From contig JANJGN010000034.1 in the NCBI GenBank assembly GCA_026770705.1, forward strand, positions 6,324,001-6,388,000: a stretch of DNA of 64,000 nucleotides. Reading direction: 5' to 3'. This document shows positions 13,601 through 28,600 of the stretch, one piece after another. The notes beneath the pieces are model-generated. The model was not told the origin of the DNA, did not search any database, and saw only the letters and a list, made by a program, of their open reading frames with translations. The position numbers and the translations under genes are program-made. The stretch's first letter is position 1, and each line of letters begins with the position of its first letter. This DNA is from Isurus oxyrinchus. Its lineage: Eukaryota.

Positions 13601-16600
13601 TCCTTCCAAGTGTCAGTGATTGTGTTCCTTCATTCTTCACAATATATATTTTTATAAATCCTTGCCCATTACAGAGGAAAGCGTGAGTACGCAAAACAAA
13701 GGTAAGCTGGTGAATATGTTTCAAAGTGATCAACGATTTTTTTTTCTATTTATAAACTCTGCGCTTCGATCAACCACTCTTATATGTGACCTCGTGTAGA
13801 GTAATGGAGTCAATAATTCAGTGAAGTAGGCTACCTGGAGGGTTGAGCCAGTTGCGGAATTCTAGATTATAGCAACACAACCAGTCAATTTCTCGCTCCC
13901 TATTCCCGTCACATGCGAGATCCCTTCTGATGAGTTTTCACCCGATTGCCTTTTTGAAGTCATTCATGCGCTCCGTTCCACCAACCTAATAAAGAGCGAG
14001 GTTCCCGGAATTATCAATATTATTTTACAAGGATTCTGCCTTGCATCCCCCCTGTATCACATAAAAAATCATACATGAGTCCCCGATTCCTTCCATCATC
14101 ACCTAAGGGCTCAGCTTTACTTTGCCTACTTTATGTAAAGCTGTCAAATTCTTGTACATCACTATCTAATCGCCATTAAATTTACTCTGCTCCAGGGATA
14201 AGAACCCCAGCTCCTCCAACCCGCCTTCTTAGGTTAATGCCACATCGTTCTGATGCATTATTTTGCACTTTGTCAAAAAAGTGAGGTCCTCCATAAATTA
14301 CGGTGCTGGAAGAATTAAACAGGTATTATAACATCTATGGAAAAAAAAAGAAGCAACTTAATGTTTCGAGTCTAAGATGATTCTTGATTAGAAAAATTAT
14401 ATTCGATAAGGGTCAAATGTTGGCCTGGGTCAAAGTAGGATGGCGACATCTGCTTAGATTTAGTGCCCAGTTGATCTCCTCAGTGAGATGGGAGATGGGA
14501 TATTGATTTTACCACTGATCCAAAGAGCCAGCCCCATCAATGCAGTGCTCCCTCATTAGTGTCCCTCTGATGATGCAGCACCCCCTCAGGACGAACATTG
14601 GGAGTTTCACCGCAACCGGTGGTGAATTTGTTCAGAATGAGGCTTGTCACCACAAGACTGAATTCAAATGTTTCGGATGGAAGCTCAAAGGGTATGACAG
14701 GCACTGATTCCATTCTGTTGCAAAAGGCGGATTTCGAAACCCATTCTTAATAGACATCTTGTTTGTGATATAAATCTCTTGATTTCACTTCTCACCCCAT
14801 CAAATGTTTAGTCCCAGTTAACTAATGGAACTCAATATTGGAACAACGCCATCGCAGGTGGTCAATTAAATCTCGCCTATTGCAATTCAATTAAGTTTAA
14901 CAACCCTATTTCACTATGGTCAGTTGGAACCGACATTGAACTAATTATACCTACACGACGATTCCCACAATACGTAGATTAACGTTCCAGACCATCCCAT
15001 TTATGTAACAGTCATTTTTTTTTACTTCGGTCTCACGCTCCTTCTACTAACTACCCACACCAACTGATTTTTACTTATTCCTTCCCTGAAGACATTCAGA
15101 AACTGAAAGAAAACATTGATGATCAAGGTGAGCCTTAATTATTCCTCTCGAGATGGTTTACCAGATGTTTTTTGTCTCTAGTTTCCACATATGCATCCTC
15201 ATTTAATCCTGTGTCATTATGCTGCAGAAGCAATCTGAAGATTGTTTCTGTTGATTCGCTCATTGTGCAAGCCGATTTTACGAATGCTAATGTAAGATTA
15301 AGTGATCTGGATTTGAATGGGGAGAGATCGAAAGAAGCAGAAATACCGTGGACAGTTGTTTTGTTTGCCGGGAGTCACTCCTCACTATTAAACTCGCTAA
15401 CACCAATAAAACCGGCTGTCAGAGGCGTAATTTAAACTGTGAGAAAAGTGACTGCGACTGTTTACGAGCCCTTGCTTGGAAAAATCTGAGAAATCCGTGA
15501 TTGTTGTTTGGGATTCAATTTGCACCATTTTGCTTTTCAGCACATTTTTAAAATATCAGAGCACACTGGATCCGTTTGGGCACATATTACTTGCAATAGT
15601 TTGCAATTTGATTGCTTATAATTGCGTTTGCACCACACAGAAACAGGCCATTCGGTCCAAATAAATCAGATCTATCTCCATGTTCCACACGAGGCTTTCC
15701 CATATCAGTTTCTTAGACTATCCTTCCGTTCCTTTTCCCTTCATGCATCAGCTAACCACATGGACCTATATTATTTTCCTCAAATATCCTTCGGGTAGGA
15801 AGCTCCACTGACTTACCGCTCTCTCAGTAAAGCATGTTTACCCTGAAAGCTTTGTTAGATTTATTAACAACCTTGTTATTTTTTATATTCATTAATTGTG
15901 AACTCCAAACATGTGAAAATAAGTTTTTGCATCAATATTGCCTGCCTGCTTCACAATTTTAGGCACTTTCGTTTCGTCACCCCTCAGTCTCGAGCACATT
16001 GAGAAATATGTCCTTTCCTAATAGATATAGCTTTGCAGTTCTGGTACTAACTTAGGGGGTATTACTTTCACCTTATCCGATCCCTCAAAATTATTCTGCC
16101 TATTATTATTTTGAAAAATCGAAGGAGGAACTGTGTAAATGTGCTTTGTCTAACGAAGACATGTGAAGTCCAGTGTTGTGCCTCGTGGTCCAAATGTGGT
16201 TTGAACAAGCTTCATCATGACGTTAAATTTAATTGTTCTCCCAGTTAGTTCTACTGGTGATGATCCAGATAACTTGAGAAATTATCAATCATTCTCAGGG
16301 AACAATGTATCATTACATTCCCTGAAGTGTGTGAATTTGTCCCTGCTGTTCATACAATTGTGAATGTGACGCATTAATCCATCATTATTCCTATTAGAAC
16401 AAGAAATGGCCAAGAAGGACAAAGGTAATAATATTATCCTTTATATCGGAGAATATTTGTTCCAAATATATTCCACTTTCGCTCAACGCTTTACAATCGC
16501 ATTTCATGTGGAGAAGTTAATTTGATCCTCCAGTTTACTCCTTACATGTATCTTGTTTTACCCCCAGTAAAATGATTGCTGGGGATTTTATCAGTATCTC

Positions 16601-19600
16601 TTAATATTAGCGCAAATGTTGGTTTGCCCATCAAATTACCCGAACATTCTAGTGCATCACTTTCTCATGTGTATGGAGATTATGAATAGAGACAAGGAAC
16701 TCAACAACAAGGAAGTTGTCCTAAATCTTCATAAATCAAAATGATGGAAAAAATCTTTCGATTTATGAGTGACACACTTTCATAAGGATTCCATGGATTT
16801 GGGCAGCAAGGAAATGAGATTTAACAGAATGGACCCAGTTGACTGGAAACTTTAGAGTAGCTGAGCTTATTTTCCTTGGAGCATTTTTTGAGGATTTTTT
16901 GAGCATTTTTTCAAAATATTTCGAAAATTAGAATAAGTCTTGAAAAATCGCATAGAGAGAAAATATTCACGTTGAAAATAAGTCGACAACCACAATACAC
17001 TTATTTATTATAATTAGCAAAATTTGGATGACAGCTTGTTGCTTATTTAGTTTCTTCTCATCTCTGGAATGCATCACCAAAAGAGAGATGGTAGCAGGAT
17101 GAGTTTTTGCTGCAAAACAGTATTTGTCAGATGCTTTCAGACAAATAATTGGGGGGTACAAACGATTTGATTCCAAAGCGTTTTCAAAGAGCTGCCTCGA
17201 TCAGAGTGGTGGTGGGGGGAAACATGTTGTGTTGTGTTGAGCGGCTTTTGTGCTCATTGTTTCATATTTAATTCCATTGAACAGAAAACCGGGCAGAAAA
17301 TGTAACCCCTGAACTTCTCTGTATCGCCCGTTTGTGCTAGTGATGAGGTTTTATCAATCTGTATCCAGTTGGAATCACTGAGCAATAATTTTTCTATGTA
17401 CTGTCATATTAAAGTAGCACCTCTTTCCTGTTCTCCCACTCTTTCCCCAAGAACTGGAGAAGCTAAGGAAGAAGCTTCAAGACTGTGGTGAGCACAGTAA
17501 AAAAGAAAATCCATGCTACTTATTCCTTTGCATTTTGAATATCATTGCATGCAGCGGCGACCACAATGAGGTGTACAAGATTATGATGGGCATGGAAAGG
17601 GCACAGCTGTTCCCCTTAGTTGTTGAAGGGTCGGTCAAGAGAGGATATAAGTTTAACGTGAGGGGGCAGGAGGTTCAGGGGAGATGTGCGGTAAAGCTTT
17701 TTTACCCAGAGGGTAGTGACCGTCTGGAAAGCACTGCCTGGCAAGCTGATGGTTGTGGGTTGCCTTACAGCCTTTAAAAAGCGCCTGGATGAGCACTTGG
17801 CACGTCATAACATTCAAAGCTATGGGCCTAGTGCTGGCAAATGTGATTAAGTAGGTAAATCAGTTGTTTCACACATGTCGGTGCAGACACGTTCAGCTGA
17901 ATATCCTCTTATGTAATTTGAGTTTCGGTGACACTGATTTATTGCAGAGATGTATCAACTGCTTGATCCCTAAAGCAGTACGGGTGAAATTAGGCACTAT
18001 TGCAAAGCCGCTCCTATAGAATCCATTATCTGTTATGAGTCTGCTCTATATTAAACTCGACTTAAATTAACAACTCAATATCGTGTGCCTGAAGTGATTC
18101 CGCTCAGTTAAGTTTTCAGATCACTGCGCATTTACATGCATTTAGCTGACAGGCATCAATACTGAAGTAACAGTAAAGTTTAAGCAAAATTAACCTTCAA
18201 TGAAACAAACAAAAAAGAGGAGAAGCTAAACCGGTTGAGCTATGAGGTGAGATTAAACAGTCAAACCTTATATTTCCTTAATTATTAAAGTCTTATTTTT
18301 CCCAGTGACAGACATGTGTTTTCCAATTTTATTAGTTCATAGGTAGAGATGTACAACGCAACTGTTTCCTTTGGTTTAGTGTCCAGAAAAAGGTCATAAC
18401 ATAAATTGAAATGTAAACCTTTAATATGTATGCATAAGTTTCCTCCACTAGCTATCATGAAAATGAAGCAGGGTCTCCCCGCAAGTTGCGATGGCGGAAA
18501 GTTAAATACAGAGCTTCAAAGCTGAGACTGACAGATTGCTGTTAGATTAAGCGAGTTATGTCTTCTTCTGCTAAGGCGGGTAAATAAAGTTACGACCAAA
18601 ATCAACCATCGTATAATTGAAGAACTGAGCTGCGCATCAGTATGGAAGCTGCTAGATGGTTTTCCCATGTTCCAATATCTTGAAATTGCCATGCCAGCAT
18701 CGCGGAAGTTGCCCACTGCATCAGCTCAAATGTTGCAGGCACAATACTTCCTGTTTTTGTCAACCTTAGAATTAACTCTTCAGACTCTAGCCTGGTCTCC
18801 TACATTCTACCTTCCATACACTGGAGGTTCTCTAAAACTCGAAGACGTCATTGGCGTCACACTATCACTGAATGTCTGATTTGTCTGATAAGAAATAGCC
18901 AAAAAGTTAAATATGTTTCTTCGTTATTTACCTGGTAGCTATAAATGCTATGTTAATCACCATCACCTTCAAAATCGCTTTATATCTCTGAGAAGTTATC
19001 TGATTGAGATTTATTTACAAATTATGATTATAAAATAGATTAGAGAGGGATACCCTGTTTCCCTTAGGGGAGAGGACAAATACCATTGGATGATGTTTTA
19101 GAGTGATTGCTGGAAAGATTAGAGTGGGCATGAGGAAAAGCTTCTTCATCCAGACGGTGGTGGGTTTCTGAAATTTGCTGCATGCTGGGGTTGGTGGAGG
19201 CAGACAACCTCGACTCATTTAAAAGGTCTATGAATCTTAATAAGAAGTTATGTAACCGGGTTACATGGACTGGGTGCTTGAATTTTTTTCGAAAGGATTG
19301 CTGGTTTATTTATTTTTTCTTTCATGGCCGACGCAATCAGGATGGTCTGAATGGCCGTTTTCTATTGCCAAAACATTTCTGTGGTTCTGTCGTTCCATAT
19401 TTAACAATATACCTGAGAATTGTGGTCAATAATGTAACATGGGAATTACAGCCGGTCAATATTGTTTGCCAAAATGTTTCCAAGGTTGATGCAGAAACTG
19501 TTTCCAATAGGCTAATTGAATGCTCAAAATTTATGGTTGTTGCAAAAAGAAAAGGAATAAAGGGATAAAACTCAGCCTTAAGTTCTACAGAGCCCTGATT

Positions 19601-22600
19601 AGACAATACTTTGAAGACTGAGTATTTCAGGACAACTCAGTTTGGCACGGACATAGAAGCCTTGGTGCAATCGCAGGGACGTTCTTAGGGACTGTTACCT
19701 GTACTATGACCATTTGTGTACCACAGTACAATATGAAAATTAGTATATCTAGAATGTACAATAATGGGGGGAGGGCGGGGCTGGGGTGGGGTTGATCGAA
19801 CTTTTCAACATATTAAGGGGACACGCTGGAGAGTGGATCGATTGAAACTATCTCTGAAGGTTAGTAGTCTTGCGCTAAGGGGCATAGATTTATTCTGAAG
19901 CTTAGAGTTACAAAATCCTTACTTCACAGCAAGAAGCCACATCTATTTCCTACAGGTTTTGTTGTGGGCAATCAAAATCAATAAAGACCTACACAGACAA
20001 AGGGTTGTAGAAATTTGTAATTCTCTTCCAAAAAGTGTAGACATGTCAAGCAGGAGATAAACAAGAAACAAGTTTGCAAGATGTTTTTTAAGCACAGCGG
20101 TACGGGTATGCCGTTCGCCCAGAGCTGAGCCTCTTATTCATTAGATAGTGGATAATGCTCGAATGGCTAAATGTTATACCACTGTTTTTTTTTGTTGTAT
20201 AAAATCTGGAAAGGGTGATGAGGTCATGTTTATAAGACGATACCCAATAAATCAAGTAGCGAGAATGAAGAAATATTTTATGTGCAAAAGATTTGTGAAA
20301 TTCTGGAATTTGATACCGGAACTGTATATTAGAATCGAATATTTGAGGCCCATCTGATTCGTAGTTCTATGAAAAAAAGGGGAAAAGGCATATCATGTTT
20401 AGCAGATAGAGTTAGATGGACTGCAGAAGCTCACCGAATCTCCTTCTGGAACACTTTTCATACCCACGACTTCTACCACCGAGGACCACAAGAACAGCAG
20501 GTGCAGAAACACCACCACCGGAATGATCCGTTCCAAGCTACATGCCATGCTGAATTGGAAGACATCAATATTAGTTCACTGTCGCTGGGCCAAAATCCTG
20601 GAACTTCGCCCCTGGCAGGGCTGTGGGTGTGTCTACACCACATGGGCTTCAGCGATCAAGAAGAGTTCTCACCACCGCCTTCTAAAAGGCAATTCGGGGC
20701 GGACAAAAAAAAAAATGACTCTGCCAGCGACACCTATACCACTTGAAAGAATAAACATCAAAAAAGCAATTTGTGCCCCCCGATTAACCACTTTGACTGC
20801 TTGCACAATCTTCAATTCTACAGAATCCCATATCCAAATGTGGCCAGTTTCTCCTGTTCAACACCCTCCACCTCCGAAGCACACACATATACGCCTAAGA
20901 TGATGCAGCAGTACTCGACCCTGTTTAACGCCATTTGAAAAAAAAAACAAGGCTGGCAAGGGCACAGGTTGTAAGAATCGTGGGACTTCACTAAATATTA
21001 CCAAGACTGGCGCGGTACTACCATGACTGAACGAGGTGGTTGAGACCCAAGGACACAGCTGCTATGCTGGGCTTGCTCGACCACGCATGGTGGTGAGGTA
21101 ACCAATCAACTGAGGAAGAATAATCTCCCCGAGATCTTCCTCACAAAAATGCAAGTCGCAGATGCATCTGTCCGTGACAGTATCGGTAGGGCTGACAGCC
21201 GCACACTCCTCTTGGTGGCCGTGTACCGCAGTCACCTGGAGGATACATTCCATTGTGCTGTCATCCTATTAAATGGGATCACTTTACAATATGTCTGGCA
21301 ACCCTGGGCAGCAATGAGGCGCTGTGGGCCATCAGAAGCAGCCAAATTGTATGCAAGCGCAACTGGGCTGATAAGTGGCGAGTGCGTATCTTGCTGCATA
21401 AGTGGCAGACAATGCCCCTTTCAAAATAAGATTAGTTCAAAAATTTCCCCTTCACTTGCAATGGAATTACTGTCGCCAAATTCCAAACCATTAACATCCC
21501 ATTGTCCTTGGCCAGAATCTCAGCTCCGCCAGCCACATAATTACTTTCACTACAAGATCTGCTCTGAGCTTGGGAATGCAACAGTGAGTACCTCATCGCC
21601 TAACTCCCCAAAGTTGTTTACCTTCTACAATGCAGACAAATGCTATATTCTCCACTTGTCTCGATTAGGGTAGCTCCAGAAGCACTACCGAAGCTTGAAA
21701 ACATGCAGGGCAACGCAACTCCATTGACTGTCACCCAATCCAACACCTTAACGAATCCTTAAACAGTCCTTGGATAAACTAGCGGCCTAAAGTGGGAGCA
21801 GCGTGTACCAGTTAAAAGATGCACGGCTGCACCTCACCAAGTCCCCTTCGACTGCACGTTCCAATCCTGCGAGCTCTATCACCTGGGAAAATGGATGGGA
21901 AGACACGCGTGAGATGCACGCATATTTAACTGCCAACAAGGAATACACCACCCTTACTTTGAACTACTTCTGGCGCTCCTTCACTGCCGTTGCTTCAGAA
22001 AAAAATGAAAAAGATGCAACTCCCTTTCTCTCAACACAATAGATAGATCAACACAATATGGGCTACTGCAATTACTTAAGACAAGGAGGCGGTCACTACG
22101 CCAGTTTCATGGGCAATTACCGTATGACAAGCAAAGCTGGATTTGGCAGAGACGCCAACTTATTTCCTTTAAAGTTACTGTACCCTAGTCATTATCTTCC
22201 TTTATCTTCCTGTAGGTTATCAATCAACTCTCCCCATTAAATCATTGAGCTTCTCTTCTTCCTCAAACCCAAATCCCTTTCCCTCTATCCTGTTCATCTT
22301 AAAGTGCTAATCTCCATCTTCCCCTCTTAGGCCTCATTTTACCAGATAGCTAAAATAGATGTATTCTTCAGCTGTTTTCCCCTCTCCCCAAAATCTATGT
22401 CCATCATTCATCCCCTCAAAATTCCAAAACTTGACAACCTCAGCCCTTGTAAAACATGATTCCATCGTCAAAATCCTTTTGCTGCCCAATATCCTTTGGG
22501 TACTGCCCACTCCCAATTAGTTGTTACCTTTCCCAGCATTTCATGGCTGAATCCACCCAATCTGATTTCCGGCACTCCCACATTCCCGAAACAATTCTTT

Positions 22601-25600
22601 CTCAAAATCAAGGGTAAATTTAATCTATTCAAGGACTGTTGGCTCTATGATACCTGATGAGTTGCAATTAACCTCTGGGTGCAAAGAAAACAGTATTATC
22701 TGCTCGGTACCAAGTACTCGTCCTTTATTCCAGTCCTTACTGATATGAACTTGGCTACTTAAACGTTGTAGCACTAAAAGATTTTTTTTCCCGCATTGGA
22801 GTAGGCATTACGGTAGGAATTTTCCATTATATATGTTTCATGGCTAAGGCAGCTCTGTTGTTGAATAATTTATATCATTTCAACATTACAAACTAAGCGC
22901 TTGGATGGCGCCATCTGCAGCAATGGATGGTGAATGTTAACTTTACAAAATGATTATATGTGTTAAGAAAAACATGTTGCCTAAATGTGTCAACCAAGAT
23001 CTATATGCGTACATCACTCGCAGCTCCGTTGAATATAGTTGCAGTGAGTAACAGGCAGACCAGCAGCAACGTACTCTGTGGTGCCACAGGGGGGCAAATT
23101 TCGACCACATGTAACTATGTCAGTCTTTTTGTTCACGCAGAAGGAAAGATAAAGCTGCAAGCGAATGGTGCGTTCTTCAAAAATATTTTGTTTCTTCTTC
23201 TTCAAATACGCATCCTAATTTAACATTATTTTTTCCAGTTTATTATCACGCTATTGACAATACCATGCACCACCCACACATTTATAATATAATCTGAGTG
23301 TGATCGCCACATTTCTCCTATACATACGCCTTGATTACATCACGCATAGGACACCATGCACATTTCGAGAAGGCATAAATCATCGGTAACCCCTACCTAA
23401 CCTACAACAAGATGTAAAGTTTAGGATTCTGTATGCATGGCATGCGCCACGCCTGGAGGAATGTGTACCATTCTGTCCTCTTTATATTTTAGCTGGACCA
23501 AAACTAGAGTATTGTACGCGGTTCTGGTCTTCATATATCTCTTTTAAACCAGGTTTGGGCGATTGTGCTCAGTTAATTTTCCCCTACACCTAATGTGTGT
23601 GTTACAATATTTAGGGAAAGGATTCAAACTTTACCTTTCCCTTGATAGTGGATTCATTTAAAATACATAATTTACCAGTATCTGATTCTGATGATTAAGG
23701 GCCGTGATCTATTGTCTGATAATTATTTCCACAAATGATCGATGTTTTAATTACAGTAAAATGTTGTTGGAGTAGCTGTTTTGGTACTTACCTGAACATT
23801 GTATCTTCAATAGTAGAGAAACTCCAAGGGAAAGGGATCTGTCTTTTTTCAAATTCCTGGAGCAATTTTTAAACATACAACAGTGCAATGCAATTTGAAA
23901 TACAATGATGTGCAGAGGATTTTACTGTTTTTCATGGAACAGTAACGGTCAATTGTCAACTTGAAAATTTGCCATCTTCATTAATTCAGAATTTTACACA
24001 GAAAAGGCTGAAAAACTTTTGCACTTTGCTGATTCATCGGCAAATAGAGAGCATAAATTTGGGGATGGAGCCAGAGGGTGAGGAAAGCTATTTGTTTCCA
24101 CTTTTACGACCTGGGATGCACATCCTAAAACGCTGTTGCAAGGAAATATAAGTGAAGTATTCAGAGGGCATGGACTGATGACTTGATCCTTGCATGGGTA
24201 TCGGGAATATGAGGTAAGTGATGGACATTCGATGTTCCTTTCAAATATCCATCAAAAACACGATTGGCTTACTGGCCTACTTCCGAGCTCTATTCTGTTC
24301 TGATTTTCATTAGTTTTCTATGTGTTTTGCAGGGAGCATTAAAAAAATGAAACGTTTTACAAGTTAATGACATTTGAACCTTGAACTGAATGTTAGCAAA
24401 TTTACGCAATAATTTTGACATGCATGCATTTGGCGCAGGTGGCATAAACAAAAATAGGGCACAATGTTTTAAGAAGATTATTACCAAACATTACCAAACA
24501 CAATTTCACACCGACACTCAAAAACAGAAATTATAGATATCATCAAATGTTTTCACGAAAGATGCCTTTTTTCTGAGAAAGGAGCCATAGATGTAAAGGA
24601 TGTGAAATCCAGACTGTAGGATGTTGGCAGTGGAACGCATAGCCACCGATGAGAGTGTGAGAGAGAGCGGAAGATGGAGAGGCGCATAAGAAACCATCAA
24701 TCAATCAAGGAATTCATTGCAAGGAGGTAAGGTTATGCCTTCACAGAGGAAGTGACGAGGTCATGAGAAATCTGAAGTGACCAACACGAATTTTAATATT
24801 GAGGGATTGCCTAACTGCGAGCCAACATTGGCCAACTAGCAGATGACAGGGAATTGACGGGAGCACCTAGAACCCATAGGGTATTCCAAAAAATTACGAT
24901 CAAGATCAATTCTCCAACATGCTGAAAGTGGCTTGCAATTTGATGAAGTTTATATTCAGTATATTGATGGTGCACCTGTATGTGGGCACAAGTTTGTAAA
25001 GTGTGGTCTTCTCCCAATATTTATAAATCCTTGCGATATAAAAATGTGTGTAAGTCCCTCTACAATGAATCTACAACATAATTTCGTGACTATGAAGTTG
25101 AAAACGACAGCTTCATTTTCTTGCCCGTTGCTTCCCTGCATCTGATATTCAATTGCTTTAGCCATAATCTAAATTCCTTGATGAGAGGATCATAGGCAAA
25201 TCTATAGAGTCCTTTTGCCCTGCCGCTCAGCACAAATCCCTTTGTAACGAGGTTAATTCATTGATCATTTATAAATGGGTAATCCAATACTGAAAAAAAA
25301 ATCAAAAAGGTAAAGAGTTTTAGAGGAAATGTGCAAACCTTAGTGTTTGAGAATTAAACAGGCCAACTGCTCCGAAAGATTGTAGCATCTGAGCTGTACA
25401 ACATCGGACGAAAAGTCCATGCATTGGGCCCAACAGAGACAAAATTTTACTGATTCAAAGCAAGTGCTGTCAAATTGATAAACAATTGGCTGATGGTTTG
25501 CATGGGGGAAGTCCATTAAATAGGTATTCATGAACTGTGGAAAAGATTATTCTTTTCTATCACACATGCTATTATACTCCTATAAAAATTTCAGAGCGCG

Positions 25601-28600
25601 TTAAACTGCTAAGAACAGAATTCACTCATGTCTGGATTACACTCACCAAGCTCCTAAGGCTCTCTCTCTCAGTCTCTCTCTCTCTATCTATCTATCTATC
25701 CATCTATATGTATTGGGCTATCTATCTATCTCACCCACGTGCACACATGCACACAAACACATGGCTATATTGAATATTGTGTAAAATATATGGATGAAGT
25801 GGCAAATTTGCTAAAGAGATTCAAATGAATGAAACAAGAATTGCAAATTAGAAATATGGGCTGGTAACAATTTTTAGGCAATAATGAAGCTAATAGCAAA
25901 TGCAGGAAAAACGTCCAGCATAGAATTCATCACCAAAGGGAATAGTGGAAGAAAACAGGATATATAAATTACAGGTGACCACCGCTAATGGCATGAGTAA
26001 GAATGGACAAGGAGGATATGTGGAGACAGGTAGATGAAAAGCTATTTTAAGGTGCTCCATTCATGACGTAAGCTGGGCGACTGAAATGTCTCTGTGCTGA
26101 TTATTAAATGCAATTTGTGATCTTTTCCATCGATGACCTTTCAAGATGTTGGTTCAATTTGTAGATACATCTTGGAGCTTTATGTAAATATAGGAACTGA
26201 ACTGATGATGGCTGGATGTGCGTTATAATTCAGAGCATTCTATGAGTGAACCTCGTGACAAAAACTTATTTTGTTTCCCCATGAAGAATTAAGCAGTTAT
26301 TAATTGAATCAACATTTTGTACAATTTGCTTAATATCCAGAAAAAAGACATAATGTTAAAGTTTCATGCTGACGAATTCTTATCTGCATTCCAGAATTGA
26401 GCGAGTGTCAAAGCGCATTAAAAGAATTAGGTAAGAGTGCCGTTCACTTTTAGGTTACAGACTGCTCCAGCTCTTTTCCACAACAGAAAAGAGGGTGAAA
26501 ATTTATCTCTACTCAAAGGAGGGAAAGAAAAGGGAGGAAGGGGCGGGGGTTTGGATGTATTCACGCTGCTTGTCCGCACGGCCTAATATTCATTTATGTT
26601 AACTTCAGTAGAACTGGGTTCGAAGCACAGCCAATCACGATGTCACAGAACATAAAATACGGCTTCCTATTCGTTGTGCTTCTCCAAAGTACCATGTAAC
26701 ATCTTCCTCTTTAAAATGCAATTGTGAATTCTGTGTTGTTGACCGGACTTGAAAGGAATGCAAGATCGGTTGATAGGAATGGGCCCAATTCTCTTGGAAA
26801 TAAAATATTGACATATTGCTGAATAGGAGGCCTTGCAATGAAGAACTATTTTAATATTCTAAAATTACGAGAGAAAAGAATCAAAATTCAGCACGATCTT
26901 CAACAGGGAAATAAAAATACTCCCCATCACCCAGATTGTGTTGTGAATGTGAATCTCACTTCCATATTGAGTGTTTAAGTTGACCAGTGTAAATGCCTTG
27001 AAATAAAATGTAGATAAGTACAAGGGGAGAGTGGAACAGAGGAATATGCTTGCAGAAAATTTGGGAAGTTATTCTGTAGACCTTCACATGGAACTCTTTT
27101 TTCATCCACAGAATCGAAACTGAAAAACATGGAGAAGGGTATTTTTCATTTTTGGAAATTCCTTGAGCCTGAATTATTTCCATTTTTCACGCTGCCGGTT
27201 GGAGAAAGTCTTCCAAAGTATTAGATATAACATTGAGTCTTTTGGTGCTTCAGCTTGGGGAAACCTTTAGCATTTTATAAGGCAACAGTAATATGCCTCG
27301 TCTGTAATAGATTATATAAGTGATTGAAAAAAAAACAAAACGAACTGACTGTAAAATGGTTCCTGAGATCATCAGTGTGTAAAAGCTGCAAAATATTGTA
27401 TTCTTCGAAATTTTCGATCAGGAAAATGTAAGTGGGAAAATAAAATAAATTTAAGGCTTATTTAACTGAATGGAGGAAGCACCCAGAATAATGTAGATGA
27501 AATTCTGGCGCAAATAGAGATAAATGGTTATGCATACTAATCACCACTTCAGAGGCACAGTTATACGGTGATCAGATTGGGAACCAAATATTCCATAGTG
27601 CACATTCTTTTTCGAAAGCCAGACAGAATGGCTCGATCGCCCTCAGAGTAAATGCTGGAATAAGGACATTAGTGAGGAAGGATCTTGGCTCAGGTGATCA
27701 TGAAGTAGAATCAAAATGGGGAGAAATACAGAATGGCAAGAGTCAGAACATCTGGCTGTCTGCTAGTTCACTGGTCCTCAAGCAGCAGATGTACTGTTGG
27801 CCAAGTGATTAAGCAAGAAACTATCAAAACTAATAACCAGGTGTTAGTGCACATTGTGGGTGAATTTAATGTTTCTAAAGTGTGGAGTAATTAATTTGGC
27901 AAGGTTTGTCAACACAATTAATTTGTATAATTCTTATGTAACAGTTTCCTACCGCCTTACCTCTGGTACAGAAAAAGTTTTTTTTTATATCCAATATTGA
28001 GTAACGTAGTAGTGTTAATTAGCAAATTCATTACAAACGATCTGGTTCGACATAGTGATCACAAAACCATGGAATCCCATGTTAGTATGGGACTGCTACA
28101 TCCAGCTCTGGGCGCTATAATTGAGGAAGGATATGAAGACATTGGAGACGAGGCTTTCAAGAATGAATCTAGTGATAAGGAACTGTGGCTATAAGGCTGG
28201 ATTGAGAGATTGGAACTGTATTATTTGAAGAAAAGAAGGATGAGAGGAGGCTTGATAGATAAGTTCAAGTTCCTGAGGGACATGGACAGGCTGAAGACTG
28301 AGAAGATGGAGGGCACAGATTTGAAATTATTGCGAAAATGAGTGAAAGCGATATGAGGATTTTTTTTTTCTCAGCCGGTGGGTGATTGGATTCTAGGATC
28401 AAACTTCTGAGTGTCTTATGGAGGAAGGTTCAATTGAGGTATTCAAAACAGAACAGCTTTCTTCTCCGATATAGACAATGAGCAAGGGTACGAGGATGAG
28501 GCAAGGGAATGGAACTAGATAGTGCCCGCTAAGATATTGCAGTATTGATGGGACCGAAAGGTCTCCTGCTGCAGTGTAAAGGTTCTGTGATTCCAGGGAA

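Noticed and set aside
22904-22921. 12-bp palindrome GATGGCGCCATC overlapping a CTCF/YY1-like motif
   Set aside because: A single imperfect short motif that could arise by chance in 64 kb.
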